This document shows positions 1-9,015 of a stretch of DNA of 22,454 nt, piece by piece. How positions within the stretch are numbered: the first letter of the stretch is position 1; each line of letters begins with the position of its first letter. The DNA is from Candidatus Jordarchaeia archaeon (lineage in GTDB: Archaea > Asgardarchaeota > Jordiarchaeia > Jordiarchaeales > Jordiarchaeaceae), in contig JAHQXB010000059.1 of assembly GCA_029856435.1 (NCBI GenBank), positions 1-22,454 on the forward strand. Direction: 5' to 3'. The notes beneath the pieces are model-generated. The model was not told the origin of the DNA. It saw nothing but the letters and a program-made list of their open reading frames with translations, and searched no databases. Both the position numbers and the translations under genes were made by a program.

Positions 1-157
1 TAGTTGATTATAGTTATGGCTAAAATTGGGATAACCCTATGCTTTAGAAGCCGTTTTTCTGCCAAGGAGTATTTTATATGCGAAAATTCACCAGTACCTT
101 TTGCATAAAATTTAATTTAAAACCCATTTTTCGCGGATTTGGGAATCAGATAAAAAA

Positions 158-808
158 CTGAAAATAGAATATCAAATTTTTAATATAACCCCGATACTGA
201 GAGAAATTGGAGTCTACAACCTGCTCCCAGACAGTGCTTTAAAAAACAAAAAGTGGCTCATGGAGAAACTGCAGGAAATCATAAGGGTTTCCACATTCGA
301 AGCTGAACCCACAGAGCTACCAACAATAGACATAAAGTCAAAAAGACGTGCATTCTGCTTCATCTTACCCAAGACGAGGGTAAGAAGTATAATGCTTTAT
401 TACTACGGCTGCCTCAAAAGATTATTGGTCGTGGGAACACTGTGCAAATCAGAGTACCTCATAAGTACTTATGATGAGCATGGAGACGGAGCCTGCGAAA
501 TTGCGCCACTCATGAACCTTTATAAGACTCAAGTGAGACAGTTGGGACGATATCTTAAACTTCCCAAGAATATTATAGAGAAACCCTCAACTCCAGACTT
601 CCTTGCGGGATTTATAATTACAGATGAAGTCTTTATGGGAATCAAATACGAGACACTGGACACCATACTATATTGTCTCGAAAAAGGAATGAAGAGCGAC
701 GAAATAGCGAAAGAGCTGAATATAGATGAGCAACTCGTCAAAAAGTGTGAATACTCCATTGAAGTTGCTAACATGAGGCGACAAATGCCCTTTGCACCAC
801 AAATATAA
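158..808 (+). pseudogene. nadE: NH3-dependent NAD+ synthetase (NadE), 5'-truncated
   Basis: NadE C-terminal motifs: KTRVRSIMLYYY, LVVGTLCKSE, DGACEIAPLMNLYKTQVRQLGRYL, IIEKPSTPD, DEVFMGIKYETLD. The same frame is open upstream of the track start at 260 (LKIEYQIFNITPILREIGVYNLL, NadE-like) back to a TAA at 113-115, with no start codon and no SGGxDS PP-loop. Confidence 0.7.
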
Positions 809-904
809 AATAGAAGTTGAAAATAGTTTAGAGCATCCCACCACTAAGCAGCGGAAGTTCCACGCGGCTCTAAACCGAGGGAGAGAAAACTAAGCTTTAA
901 CTCA

Positions 905-1567
905 TCACTCTTCTCCACCATACCTTTTTAAAAAAAGGGAGAATAGTTCTTTGGCTGTTTTCGACCCTATTCCGGGGACGCTTGCTATTTGTTTCCAGTC
1001 AGCGTTAACCAGAGTTTTCAAGTCGCCGAAGTGTTCTAAGAGTCTTCTGGCCCGAATTTCGCCGATTCCCGGAAGTGAGGACACTATAAATACCAGTTGG
1101 TCTTTTACTCCCCTTTTCACCCTTGATAATTTGGGAATGCGGGGTTCCATTTTTCCCGCATGTTCATCTAAACTTTTGAGGAAAAGTGCAGTGTCAAAAG
1201 CCGTTTCCAGATTAACTATCTGTACGATTCCCCGCTTTCCCTCTGGGCTTCTCTTGAGGGAGGCGCTTGCAAGTGATGAAAGGTAGGCTTCTCTTTTTAT
1301 TTTGCGGTACATTAGGGCCTCCGAAATTATTCCCTCCACAATGAGGTAGCTTACTTCGAAGTTGGTGCTGAGCTCGTAAAGCTGTGTATGAAGGTGCCCA
1401 GAAGTCAGGCTGGTAATGTAATCATTTATCTCTTTTCTCTCCACGCATAAATTATCACTAATCAAGTAGTCTCCTACTGGTAAATCTTCAAACCTGACTT
1501 CTACACCGAATTGCTGCAACTTTGCAGGTATCACACTTCTCTTTTCACGGTGATCAACAAGAATCAA
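905..1567 (-). CDS. xpf: XPF/ERCC4 structure-specific endonuclease, short archaeal form (nuclease + HhH2, no helicase domain)
   Basis: LILVDHRE, VGDYLIS, VERKEINDY (ERKxxxD) and LIVEG motifs, followed by two HhH motifs (LPGIGEIRARRLL, VPGIGSKTA). Start moved from 1612 to TTG at 1567, which follows a GAGGTGG RBS. Confidence 0.92.
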   Translation of the reverse strand: MILVDHREKRSVIPAKLQQFGVEVRFEDLPVGDYLISDNLCVERKEINDYITSLTSGHLHTQLYELSTNFEVSYLIVEGIISEALMYRKIKREAYLSSLASASLKRSPEGKRGIVQIVNLETAFDTALFLKSLDEHAGKMEPRIPKLSRVKRGVKDQLVFIVSSLPGIGEIRARRLLEHFGDLKTLVNADWKQIASVPGIGSKTAKELFSLFLKRYGGEE

Positions 1568-1662
1568 AGCAGCCCACCTCAAAAAAGCCACAATCGAACA
1601 AAAACTATGCACTCCACATCCAATTAGTTAAGAACCTTACCCTTTCACATAAAAGAGGGGAG

Positions 1663-1679
1663 TAAAAAGCCTTTGGTAC
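1663..1679 (-). promoter_or_regulatory. Putative BRE/TATA-like promoter motif upstream of xpf; 17-bp exact copy at 10988-11004
   Basis: Minus strand reads GTACCAAAGGCTTTTTA about 95 nt upstream of the xpf start. An identical 17-mer lies upstream of the acyl-CoA synthetase gene. Confidence 0.35.
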
Positions 1680-2002
1680 ACCCCTGTTTTAAGGCTCACT
1701 CCCTTATGGGGTTTGCTTTTAGAAAGTTTAGATCTCAGCCCAGAGGAAGCTATCAGAGGTCTCCAATAAACAAAAGGAGGAGTGATAAGTGCAATTAGAC
1801 TGAACAAAAAGCAGAGTTCCAGAGACCGCATTTCGGAAACAAGTTGCATGGGAAACTCGAAAAAAGAAGCTGATGCTGGGTTAAACGTTCTGCTGAGTAT
1901 CTCTCTTTTTTCCGATTCCCTTAAAATTCTGTTCTTCTACTAATAAAGTGAAGTGTTTTTTGAATTAGAAGTTGTTGAGTGCCTAAAAATGGTTGATATA
2001 GG

Positions 2003-2236
2003 TTGGTCTTAGTAGGAGTGTTTGTGGAGAATCTTAATAAACAGTTTGGCGCAGATTTGAGGAAAACCATCGAGGATATGCCCGACGAAAAAGACTTGGT
2101 GGAGGGTGATAGGGTTATTTACCTTTGTCGGGGGGATGAGTTTAGGCGAACATATGTAACGCCTGAAATGATGGCGGAGTTTAGGGAGGATCCGATAAGG
2201 GCACTGGAAAGTACCAGGTCTGCGTTACAGCCTTGA
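2003..2236 (+). CDS. Hypothetical protein, possibly the first piece of a frameshifted gene spanning 2003-2695
   Basis: 77-codon ORF with protein-like composition. AGGAG precedes an alternative GTG start at 2024. No family recognised. Confidence 0.3.
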   Translation: MVLVGVFVENLNKQFGADLRKTIEDMPDEKDLVEGDRVIYLCRGDEFRRTYVTPEMMAEFREDPIRALESTRSALQP

Positions 2237-2371
2237 AATAACCCCGCCTTCTCCTCCTCCAACGCCCGGATACGAAACTAAGGCTAGAACCATTGACATA
2301 ATTCCTAAATTTAGTTGGCCGGAGAAGCATTTGAGTTACGCTAGGTCGCCTAATCCTTTGCCCAGTGAGGA

Positions 2372-2695
2372 TTGGCTGGTGGATTGGCTTCTGGCGTAAT
2401 ATTTTTGTCAGAAGATGCAGATGTGTTTCACCTAGACTTCCGAAACCCGAAAGTTAAGACGGTAGTTTCGGGGAGCTTCTACTCTACCTATGATTTGTTT
2501 GAAGAGAATGATCGGAGGAAAAAAGGTATACTCCGCCCAATTGAGCAGGCACAAAGGCAAAAAAAGAGAATCAGTTCCAAACAGTCCATTAAGTGGGCCA
2601 AACTGGTATTCGTGGTGACGTATAACATATCTAAAGCCGTAACATCCATTATGGATTTGAAGGAAGAAATAGAGATAAAGGAGTGGGAGATATAA
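2372..2695 (+). CDS. Hypothetical protein or pseudogene fragment upstream of queC
   Basis: 107-codon ORF overlapping a start-less 66-codon open frame (2199-2399). No family recognised. Confidence 0.3.
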   Translation: MAGGLASGVIFLSEDADVFHLDFRNPKVKTVVSGSFYSTYDLFEENDRRKKGILRPIEQAQRQKKRISSKQSIKWAKLVFVVTYNISKAVTSIMDLKEEIEIKEWEI

Positions 2696-2770
2696 GAAGG
2701 GCCAGCGAAATTGTAAATGGGCGGTTTAAGCCTTCAGCGAAGTGTCTTGAAAATGTTTAGGTGAAGTTCC

Positions 2771-3532
2771 ATGTTTAGGATAGGTGTGGTTTTGCTGAGT
2801 GGGGGTTTAGATTCCACCACCACGGCTGCCTATGCTAGGAGTTTGGGTTGGGAACTACATGCACTCACAGTTCACTATGGGCAGAGACTGAGCAAGGAGG
2901 TTAGATGCGCCCAACAAATAGCGGAAAAGTTGGGAATAAAACATAAGGTCGTGGACATTTCATCCTTCAAGGATGTTGCTTGGTACAGTGCCTTAACCAA
3001 CCCTGAACTGTTTCCTGTGCCAAAAGGACGAAGCGTGGAAAAAATGATGGAGGACATTCCAATAACATATGTTCCAATGAGGAACACGTTCCTAATTATG
3101 TTGGCCGCCGCATACTTGGAATCGGAAATTCTGTATAAAATAGAGAGGGGTGGCGTCAAACCTGAGGAGGTTGAGGCGAGAATCTTCATAGCTGCCAATG
3201 TGTTAGACTATTCAGGGTATCCTGATTGCAGACCCCAATTTTACGAGAAAGTCAATGAACTCCTAAAGGTCGCAAGCAAAATTGGTACAAAATACGATGT
3301 AGATATGAAAATAGAAACCCCTTTGCTTTACAAGAATAAAAAGGAAATAGTGGAGCTAGGAATAAAGTTGGACGCACCCCTAGAGTTGACCTGGAGCTGT
3401 TACGAGGGCGGAGATGTTCCCTGCGGCAAATGTGACTCCTGCCTGCTTAGAGCCAAGGGATTTGCGGAGGCAGGAGTAGAGGATCCCCTAATTCTGAGAC
3501 TGAAAAAAGAAGGAAAAATAGGGAGCAGGTGA
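2771..3532 (+). CDS. queC: 7-cyano-7-deazaguanine (preQ0) synthase
   Basis: VLLSGGLDSTT PP-loop, YGQR, TYVPMRN, DYSGYPDCRP, ETPLL, TWSCY and PCGKCDSCLLRAKGF zinc site. Confidence 0.96.
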   Translation: MFRIGVVLLSGGLDSTTTAAYARSLGWELHALTVHYGQRLSKEVRCAQQIAEKLGIKHKVVDISSFKDVAWYSALTNPELFPVPKGRSVEKMMEDIPITYVPMRNTFLIMLAAAYLESEILYKIERGGVKPEEVEARIFIAANVLDYSGYPDCRPQFYEKVNELLKVASKIGTKYDVDMKIETPLLYKNKKEIVELGIKLDAPLELTWSCYEGGDVPCGKCDSCLLRAKGFAEAGVEDPLILRLKKEGKIGSR

Positions 3533-3556
3533 AAAACAAAAATGGATGTTTAAAAG

Positions 3557-3688
3557 TATAGAGTTTCTCATTAATTTTTTCCTAAACCTATCCTTGACCA
3601 GGGTTATTTAAGGCTTCTTTTCCCAAAAGAGGCGGAAAAACCATACTTTCTGGAAGCGAAAAGGAAAAAATTAAATGGAAAGTCTATA
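3557..3688. mobile_element. MITE-like element, copy 1 (132 bp, 27-bp imperfect terminal inverted repeats)
   Basis: Ends TATAGAGTTTCTCATTAATTTTTTCCT (3557-3583) and its 23/27 reverse complement (3662-3688). Non-coding. Second copy at 17252-17384 with unrelated flanks. Confidence 0.8.
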
Positions 3689-3894
3689 CATTGGAATTCA
3701 AATAAATGTCCATTCTACCTTGATGCAGGTCTATAAGAGCTTGGAGTTATCCTTTTTTTCCTTCCGAGGCTTCGGATAGGTTAAAGAGCGAATTTAGTTT
3801 TTAAAAATGTTTAAGTATTTGTGAAAAAATCTATTTGTTCTAAATGCCTTGGTAATAATTTTTTGTTGGCCTAAATCTTTATGGAGGTATATGT

Positions 3895-5073
3895 TTGGTT
3901 GAAGAAGTTAAAAGAGTGGCTGTGATTGGAGCAGGAACAATGGGTTCTGACCTTTCATTGCTCTTCGCCCTCTACGATATAGATGTCATCGTTACGGACA
4001 AGTCAAAAGCAGTTCTAGATGCTTTACCCCAGAAGCAAAAGAAAAGTATAGATGAGCTCCGCCAAATGGGAATAACCCAAAAAACCTACGATGAAGTCCA
4101 AAACAAAATCGCTATCGCTAACAGTTTGAAGGAAATAAAAGATGTGGACTTCGTACTGGAGGCGGTAGCTGAAGATTTATCGGTAAAGAGGAAGGTTTTT
4201 GCAGAACTGGATAAACTACCCAAGAATGTGATTTTGGCCACAAACACATCCAGTTTAACGGTCACGGACATAGCCAAAGGGTTGAAGGGTGCTGAGAGAA
4301 TTGGAGGCATGCATTTTTCGAACCCGCCAATTCTAAGCCAGCTGGCGGAGGTGGTGAAGGGGGAAAAAACCAGTGAAGAAACACTGAATGTAATATCGAA
4401 AGTAGCCCAAAAGATTGGAAGAGTCCCAGTGATGGTAAAAAAGGATGTGCCCGGCTTTGTGAACAACAGAATTCTTGTGGGAGCAGGAATGGAAACACTG
4501 TGGGCAATCCATAGGGGAGAGGTGACGCCACAGGAGCTTGACGCTTCACTTAGAGCTATAGGTTTCCCCATGGGCTTTGCTGAAGCCGTGGACATAATAG
4601 GAGTAGACATCATACTTGCCCTAGGCAAGCATTTCGTTAAAGCCTACGGGAAACGTTTCCAGCCCCCACCCGGACTTTTTGAATCCATGGCCAAGGAGGG
4701 GAGGTTAGGAAAGAAGAGCGGCAAAGGATTCTATGATTGGAGTAAAGGGCCCCCAGTAATTGATATGAGTCTTGCAGGCAAGTATGATGTTAACAGATCC
4801 TTAGCTGGTGCAGCCAATGAAGCCTTCTGGATTATTAAAGATGAAGTAGCTGATCCAGAAACCATAGACAAAATTGTGAAACTGGGCTTTAGGTCACCTG
4901 TGGGAATATGCGAACTGGCGGACGCTATGGGCCTGGACAACCTTTTAAATACAATGAAAAGACTGCTTCAGGAGTATGGGTTAGAAATCTATAAGCCATG
5001 CCCCCTCTTCGAAGAATATGTGAAAAAGGGATGGACGGGCAAAGCAGCCGGTAGGGGATTCTACAAGTACTAG
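3895..5073 (+). CDS. 3-hydroxyacyl-CoA dehydrogenase (NAD-binding domain + duplicated C-terminal domain, no hydratase domain)
   Basis: VAVIGAGTMG, VLEAVAEDL, ATNTSSL, GMHFSNP..LAEVV (catalytic His/Glu), PGFVNNR, GRLGKKSGKGFYDW, and a second C-domain ending GKAAGRGFYKY. GGAGGT RBS before TTG. Confidence 0.95.
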   Translation: MVEEVKRVAVIGAGTMGSDLSLLFALYDIDVIVTDKSKAVLDALPQKQKKSIDELRQMGITQKTYDEVQNKIAIANSLKEIKDVDFVLEAVAEDLSVKRKVFAELDKLPKNVILATNTSSLTVTDIAKGLKGAERIGGMHFSNPPILSQLAEVVKGEKTSEETLNVISKVAQKIGRVPVMVKKDVPGFVNNRILVGAGMETLWAIHRGEVTPQELDASLRAIGFPMGFAEAVDIIGVDIILALGKHFVKAYGKRFQPPPGLFESMAKEGRLGKKSGKGFYDWSKGPPVIDMSLAGKYDVNRSLAGAANEAFWIIKDEVADPETIDKIVKLGFRSPVGICELADAMGLDNLLNTMKRLLQEYGLEIYKPCPLFEEYVKKGWTGKAAGRGFYKY

Positions 5074-5737
5074 AAACATGCATAAAAACCAGAATTTTTC
5101 TTTTTCAAATTGGGCATAAAAATTTTTAGTGCATTTTGGGATTTGAGGCTTTTTTGTGAACCAATTTCCCCAGGGAAAGGAGGCCCCCATAGAAATAAGC
5201 CTTATTAAGGCTCCTTTCTGGAAAAAGAAGGAACAACAAAGGAAAGAGAACCACAAAGGAAACCGGGCCCCAAAAAACCAACCAGCAGGCAACTTGCAAT
5301 AACAACTTTTTACATCCTTCAATTTTTCACATTTTTGTCCGAATTGCGACTATGTGGCTTTTTTAAAATTTTGTACTTATTTCTGCGAATTTCCCAACAG
5401 TCCCCTAAAGCATTGCAGCAAACCTGAAGGGGACACTTCAAATCAGAATTAAGACATACGTTATAAGTTTCTCCGCATATAAGCTGATATTTGGAAAAAT
5501 TGGTGGAAGAAGCAGGGCATAGTTTATTGGGCAAACCTCAAAATTTTCTGCCGAGGTTAAAGAAAATAGAGCTCCGGATTTCCAAAGAGGAATTTGCCCC
5601 TGTTGGAGAGAATTGCCGTGGCCCCAAACTTAAGCCGGCCAAGAGGGTGGGATTAACTGTAATGGGTGGGTATCATATTTTTAATTGGGAAAACTCTATA
5701 CTTATTATGCTTATATGAAAAAGGAGGTGTGGATCTT

Positions 5738-7045
5738 ATGAGTGGAAAGTATGATGTTATTGTTGTTGGTTCAGCGTTTGCCGGAGCAGTTGCGGCAAAG
5801 ACCGCGGCGGAAAAAGGGCTTAGAGTTTTACTTCTCGAGAGGTCAACTGAACCCGGGGAAAAAATTGTTTCTGGAGGAATCCTGACACACGACGCATTCA
5901 CTGAGCCCGGATTAGAGTTTTTGAAGGAGGCTCCTTTGGAGAGAGAACTCAAAGGCGTTAGGTGGATTATGGCCAACGAGAAGGGAGAGGCGCCCTTGGA
6001 ACTCACATTTAGGAGCACTGATGACAGCCGGGTGGGATACACCATTTACTGCTACGATTTCTGCAAGTGGCTAACCCAACTCGCAGTGAGCGCTGGAGCC
6101 GAGTTCAGAAACAACACAACTGTTATAGATGTTATAAAGGAGGACGGCTACGTTAAGGGAGTTGTGACGGAGAAGGGAGAAAAAATCAATTCCCAAGTGG
6201 TGGTGGCGGCTGACGGAGCAAAATCGCTAATAGGGATCAGAGCGGGGGTAAGAAGAAAGCTTCCACCGGAAAATGTGGAAAACTGTGTGGTGCTAGACTT
6301 CACAATACCAGAGAGGGAAATTAGGAGACTGGGACTAGCGGACACATTTGAAGTTTACTGGGGAACACTAACCCCCGCAGACATAGGATCATATGTTTGG
6401 ATATTCCCCTACAGAGAAAGCTTTCACCTGGGAGTGGGAGCACTGGTTTCAAGCAGGAAGAGTCCCACCATCTTCATGGAGAGATTCCTACACTCACAAC
6501 TCTGGAAGGACAGATTTGAGGATGTCGCGAAATTCAGAGCTTGGATGTGGAACACTGTCCCCCTATGGTCAGCGCTCGAGAGGGATCAGAAAATGCTGGA
6601 AAAAACTTATGGCAACGGAATACTCGTGGCAGGGGATGCAGGAGGATTTTTAGACTCCTTCACCTGTGCAGGCTTTTACGGCGCAATGACATCAGGGATG
6701 CTTGCAGGAGAAGCCGCAGCCGAATCCATATCCAAAGGCAACGTCTCAGAGGAGGGCCTCTCAATTTATGAGGAGAAGTATAAAAAAAGGCTAATCTGGA
6801 GGCTAATGCAGAGACCTTGGAGAAGAGACGTCATCGCAAAGATGGGTGGAGAAAAAATTGTTCAAGTAAGCTCCACGATTTCCAACTACGTAGTTAGAAG
6901 TGCATTTGACCAGCCCAAACCCTCGGACCTAATGCTGCTAATAAGTGGCTTCCTACCTCTAATAAGACATATAGGACCATTCCTCTATAGAAAACTTCCA
7001 ATGTTATTTAACGAACTTATGCTACTTGCGGGGGTGACAAAATGA
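5738..7045 (+). CDS. FAD-dependent oxidoreductase, FixC / geranylgeranyl-reductase family
   Basis: YDVIVVGSAFAG, LLERSTEPGEKIVSGG, VVAADGAKS, YVWIFP, FHLGVG, LVAGDAGGFLDSFTCAGFYGAMTSGMLAGE. Start moved from 5666 to ATG at 5738, which follows an AGGAGGTG RBS. Confidence 0.85.
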   Translation: MSGKYDVIVVGSAFAGAVAAKTAAEKGLRVLLLERSTEPGEKIVSGGILTHDAFTEPGLEFLKEAPLERELKGVRWIMANEKGEAPLELTFRSTDDSRVGYTIYCYDFCKWLTQLAVSAGAEFRNNTTVIDVIKEDGYVKGVVTEKGEKINSQVVVAADGAKSLIGIRAGVRRKLPPENVENCVVLDFTIPEREIRRLGLADTFEVYWGTLTPADIGSYVWIFPYRESFHLGVGALVSSRKSPTIFMERFLHSQLWKDRFEDVAKFRAWMWNTVPLWSALERDQKMLEKTYGNGILVAGDAGGFLDSFTCAGFYGAMTSGMLAGEAAAESISKGNVSEEGLSIYEEKYKKRLIWRLMQRPWRRDVIAKMGGEKIVQVSSTISNYVVRSAFDQPKPSDLMLLISGFLPLIRHIGPFLYRKLPMLFNELMLLAGVTK

Positions 7046-7302
7046 AGTATAAAATGTTGGAAGGAACAAGCTGGACTCCGGGCGGCGAATTCATTAATAT
7101 TGACCCAGAAGTTTGCACAGGATGCAGAGACTGTGTCAAGGTATGCCCCGGAGGAGTAATCACTATGGTAAACGGCAAAGCCAAAGCAGTAAAGTATGAG
7201 AATTGCTGCGAGTGTGCATCGTGCTGGTTTGTGTGCACCATCGGAGCCATAAAGTTCTCATATCCCAAAGGTGGAACAGGAAGAAAATACCGCTGGGGAT
7301 AA
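7042..7302 (+). CDS. FixX-like 2x[4Fe-4S] ferredoxin
   Basis: CTGCRDCVKVCP and CCECASCWFVCT motifs. C-terminal SYPKGGTGRKYRWG matches the FixX-type YPxGGxGxxYxxG tail. ATGA overlap with the upstream gene. Confidence 0.88.
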   Translation: MKYKMLEGTSWTPGGEFINIDPEVCTGCRDCVKVCPGGVITMVNGKAKAVKYENCCECASCWFVCTIGAIKFSYPKGGTGRKYRWG

Positions 7303-7460
7303 CCAAAAAAGAGTACGCCTATCTAGAAGGAGAAAATATTCTTTGGTCTATAGGGATTTAGTTCCCGAGAAAATGCGAATAATCTAAAATAGTCTAAAGA
7401 TGGGAAATAAGAGCTTTTTCAATGAAGTTGACAGAAGGATTACTTGTGGTTGGAAGGTCA

Positions 7461-8021
7461 ATGCATCTATTTACGGTGGGGCACTCAACGAGAGCCATTG
7501 AAGATTTCTGTGACCTTCTAAAAGAGAATAATGTTCAGGTCTTGGTCGACGTAAGAAGTTGGCCCAGCTCCAAACGCTATCCCCAATTTAATCGTGAAAA
7601 CCTGCAGAAAAGCTTGGAAGATAAAGGCATAAACTATGTATGGTTGGGAAAGGAGCTGGGCGGCTATCGAAAAAAGGGACTGGGTGAAAAATCTCCCAAC
7701 AGAGCTTGGACCAGCGAAGGATTCAGAAACTATGCAGACCACACCCTAACCCAAGAGTTTATGGGGGGCATAAGAAAACTTTTGAGCATCGCAGAAAAAC
7801 AGACAGTCGTCATAATGTGTGCAGAAAAATTTTATTGGAGCTGCCACCGAAGAATAATCTCCGACTACTTAACAGCCTTAGGACATCGGGTCACCCACAT
7901 AATAGATAAAGGAGAGGTTAAAGAGCACGCCCTTACCAGTTTCGCCGAGATAAAAGACGGGAAACTCACTTATCCCCTAAAACGCTTCCAAACACTTAAC
8001 TCCACTGGCGAAGGCGAATAA
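7461..8021 (+). CDS. DUF488 family protein
   Basis: LFTVGHSTR, LVDVRSWPSS, YVWLGKELGG, RNYADH and VIMCAEKFYWSCHRRIISDYL are DUF488 signature segments. Start placed at ATG 7461 (track start 7422). Confidence 0.85.
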   Translation: MHLFTVGHSTRAIEDFCDLLKENNVQVLVDVRSWPSSKRYPQFNRENLQKSLEDKGINYVWLGKELGGYRKKGLGEKSPNRAWTSEGFRNYADHTLTQEFMGGIRKLLSIAEKQTVVIMCAEKFYWSCHRRIISDYLTALGHRVTHIIDKGEVKEHALTSFAEIKDGKLTYPLKRFQTLNSTGEGE

Positions 8022-8073
8022 AATGAATGCGACTAAAAATTTGTTTTCGCCCAGTTTAAAGGCTTTTCATTTT

Positions 8074-9015
8074 TTAGCAGTTTTTGGAGACGCTTTTCTT
8101 TAGACGGCAGAAGGAGCAAATTTTCGTGGAGGTGGGATATCCACACGCTTCACAGAGGTCAATATCCTTGGAATTCTTGGAATAGTGCTCTGCAAGTATG
8201 GGTTTTATTTTTTTGTTAAAGCTTCTTACCAAAGCAATCTTGGACCCCACCCATTCCTCTTCTAGGGCGTTTACAACTTCTTTGAGTCTCAGTGTGGATG
8301 CTCCTGAGGCATATGGACACTTCTGTTCCAGATGCTGTATTCCCTTAAAAAAATTGTAAAGGGTTGTTTCTTTTTCGGATGTTTCATAGAGTGGCTTTAT
8401 TCGGGAAACCATTCTCTCTCCACGTGATGGAAGCATTGGACCCGACCTAACCAAGAGATCGATGTCTGCCTTCACATAGTTTGAGAGTAGCACTGCGCTC
8501 TCATCGTCAAGGTTGTGTCCAGTCGCAAGACTGTTTGCCCCCAATTCCACTGCCACCTTGTTGGTTACATACCTCTTTATAACGCCGCAAGAGGAGCATA
8601 TTGGTCTCCTAACATGGTTAGAAGAGAAAACTTCGTCTATTGTAAAGCCGAAATCCCTCTTCATATCCACTTTTGCAAGTTCAACCCCAAGCTCCCTACA
8701 ATATTTTTCTGAGATTTGCACAGCTTTCAGGGAGTAATCATCCTTTCTGATGCCCAAATCTATGTTCAGAGCAGACAACTCGAAGCCAACCTCACCCCTA
8801 AGATTATTCAGAATATGAAGTAGGGCTAAGCTGTCCTTGCCCCCCGAGATGGCAAGAACCACCCGGTCTCCACTTTTAATCAGCTTATACCTCTTAATCG
8901 TGTTCCTCACATGCCTTTCAACGTATTCCGTAAAATGTTTGGGACACAGGGAGAGCCGAGCGTATGGTACTCTAACAGAAGCTGGCTCACCACACAGTTT
9001 ACACTGCTTAAGCAT
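8074..9015 (-). CDS. tRNA 2-thiolation protein, TtuA/NcsA(Ncs6)-like PP-loop ATPase
   Basis: N-terminal CKLC...CPKH zinc finger, AISGGKDS, CSSCGVIKRY, ATGHNLDDE, RIKPL, CPY, and C-terminal CEACG..CSFC. ATG at 9015 follows GGTGA. Confidence 0.9.
   Translation of the reverse strand: MLKQCKLCGEPASVRVPYARLSLCPKHFTEYVERHVRNTIKRYKLIKSGDRVVLAISGGKDSLALLHILNNLRGEVGFELSALNIDLGIRKDDYSLKAVQISEKYCRELGVELAKVDMKRDFGFTIDEVFSSNHVRRPICSSCGVIKRYVTNKVAVELGANSLATGHNLDDESAVLLSNYVKADIDLLVRSGPMLPSRGERMVSRIKPLYETSEKETTLYNFFKGIQHLEQKCPYASGASTLRLKEVVNALEEEWVGSKIALVRSFNKKIKPILAEHYSKNSKDIDLCEACGYPTSTKICSFCRLKKSVSKNC

Noticed and set aside
826-834. GTTTAGAGC resembles the start of type II CRISPR repeats
   Set aside because: No repeat-spacer periodicity and no cas genes anywhere in the window.
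1637-1943. Short ORFs between xpf and the unknown ORFs (1637-1849 minus; a 53-codon plus-strand frame after GGAGGAG)
   Set aside because: No motifs, opposite frames overlap, and neither can be preferred from sequence alone.
4981-5718. Small ORFs between the dehydrogenase and the FixC-like gene, including Cys-rich 5319-5534
   Set aside because: Mutually overlapping, no RBS and no recognisable Cys spacing. Treated as intergenic or decayed DNA.
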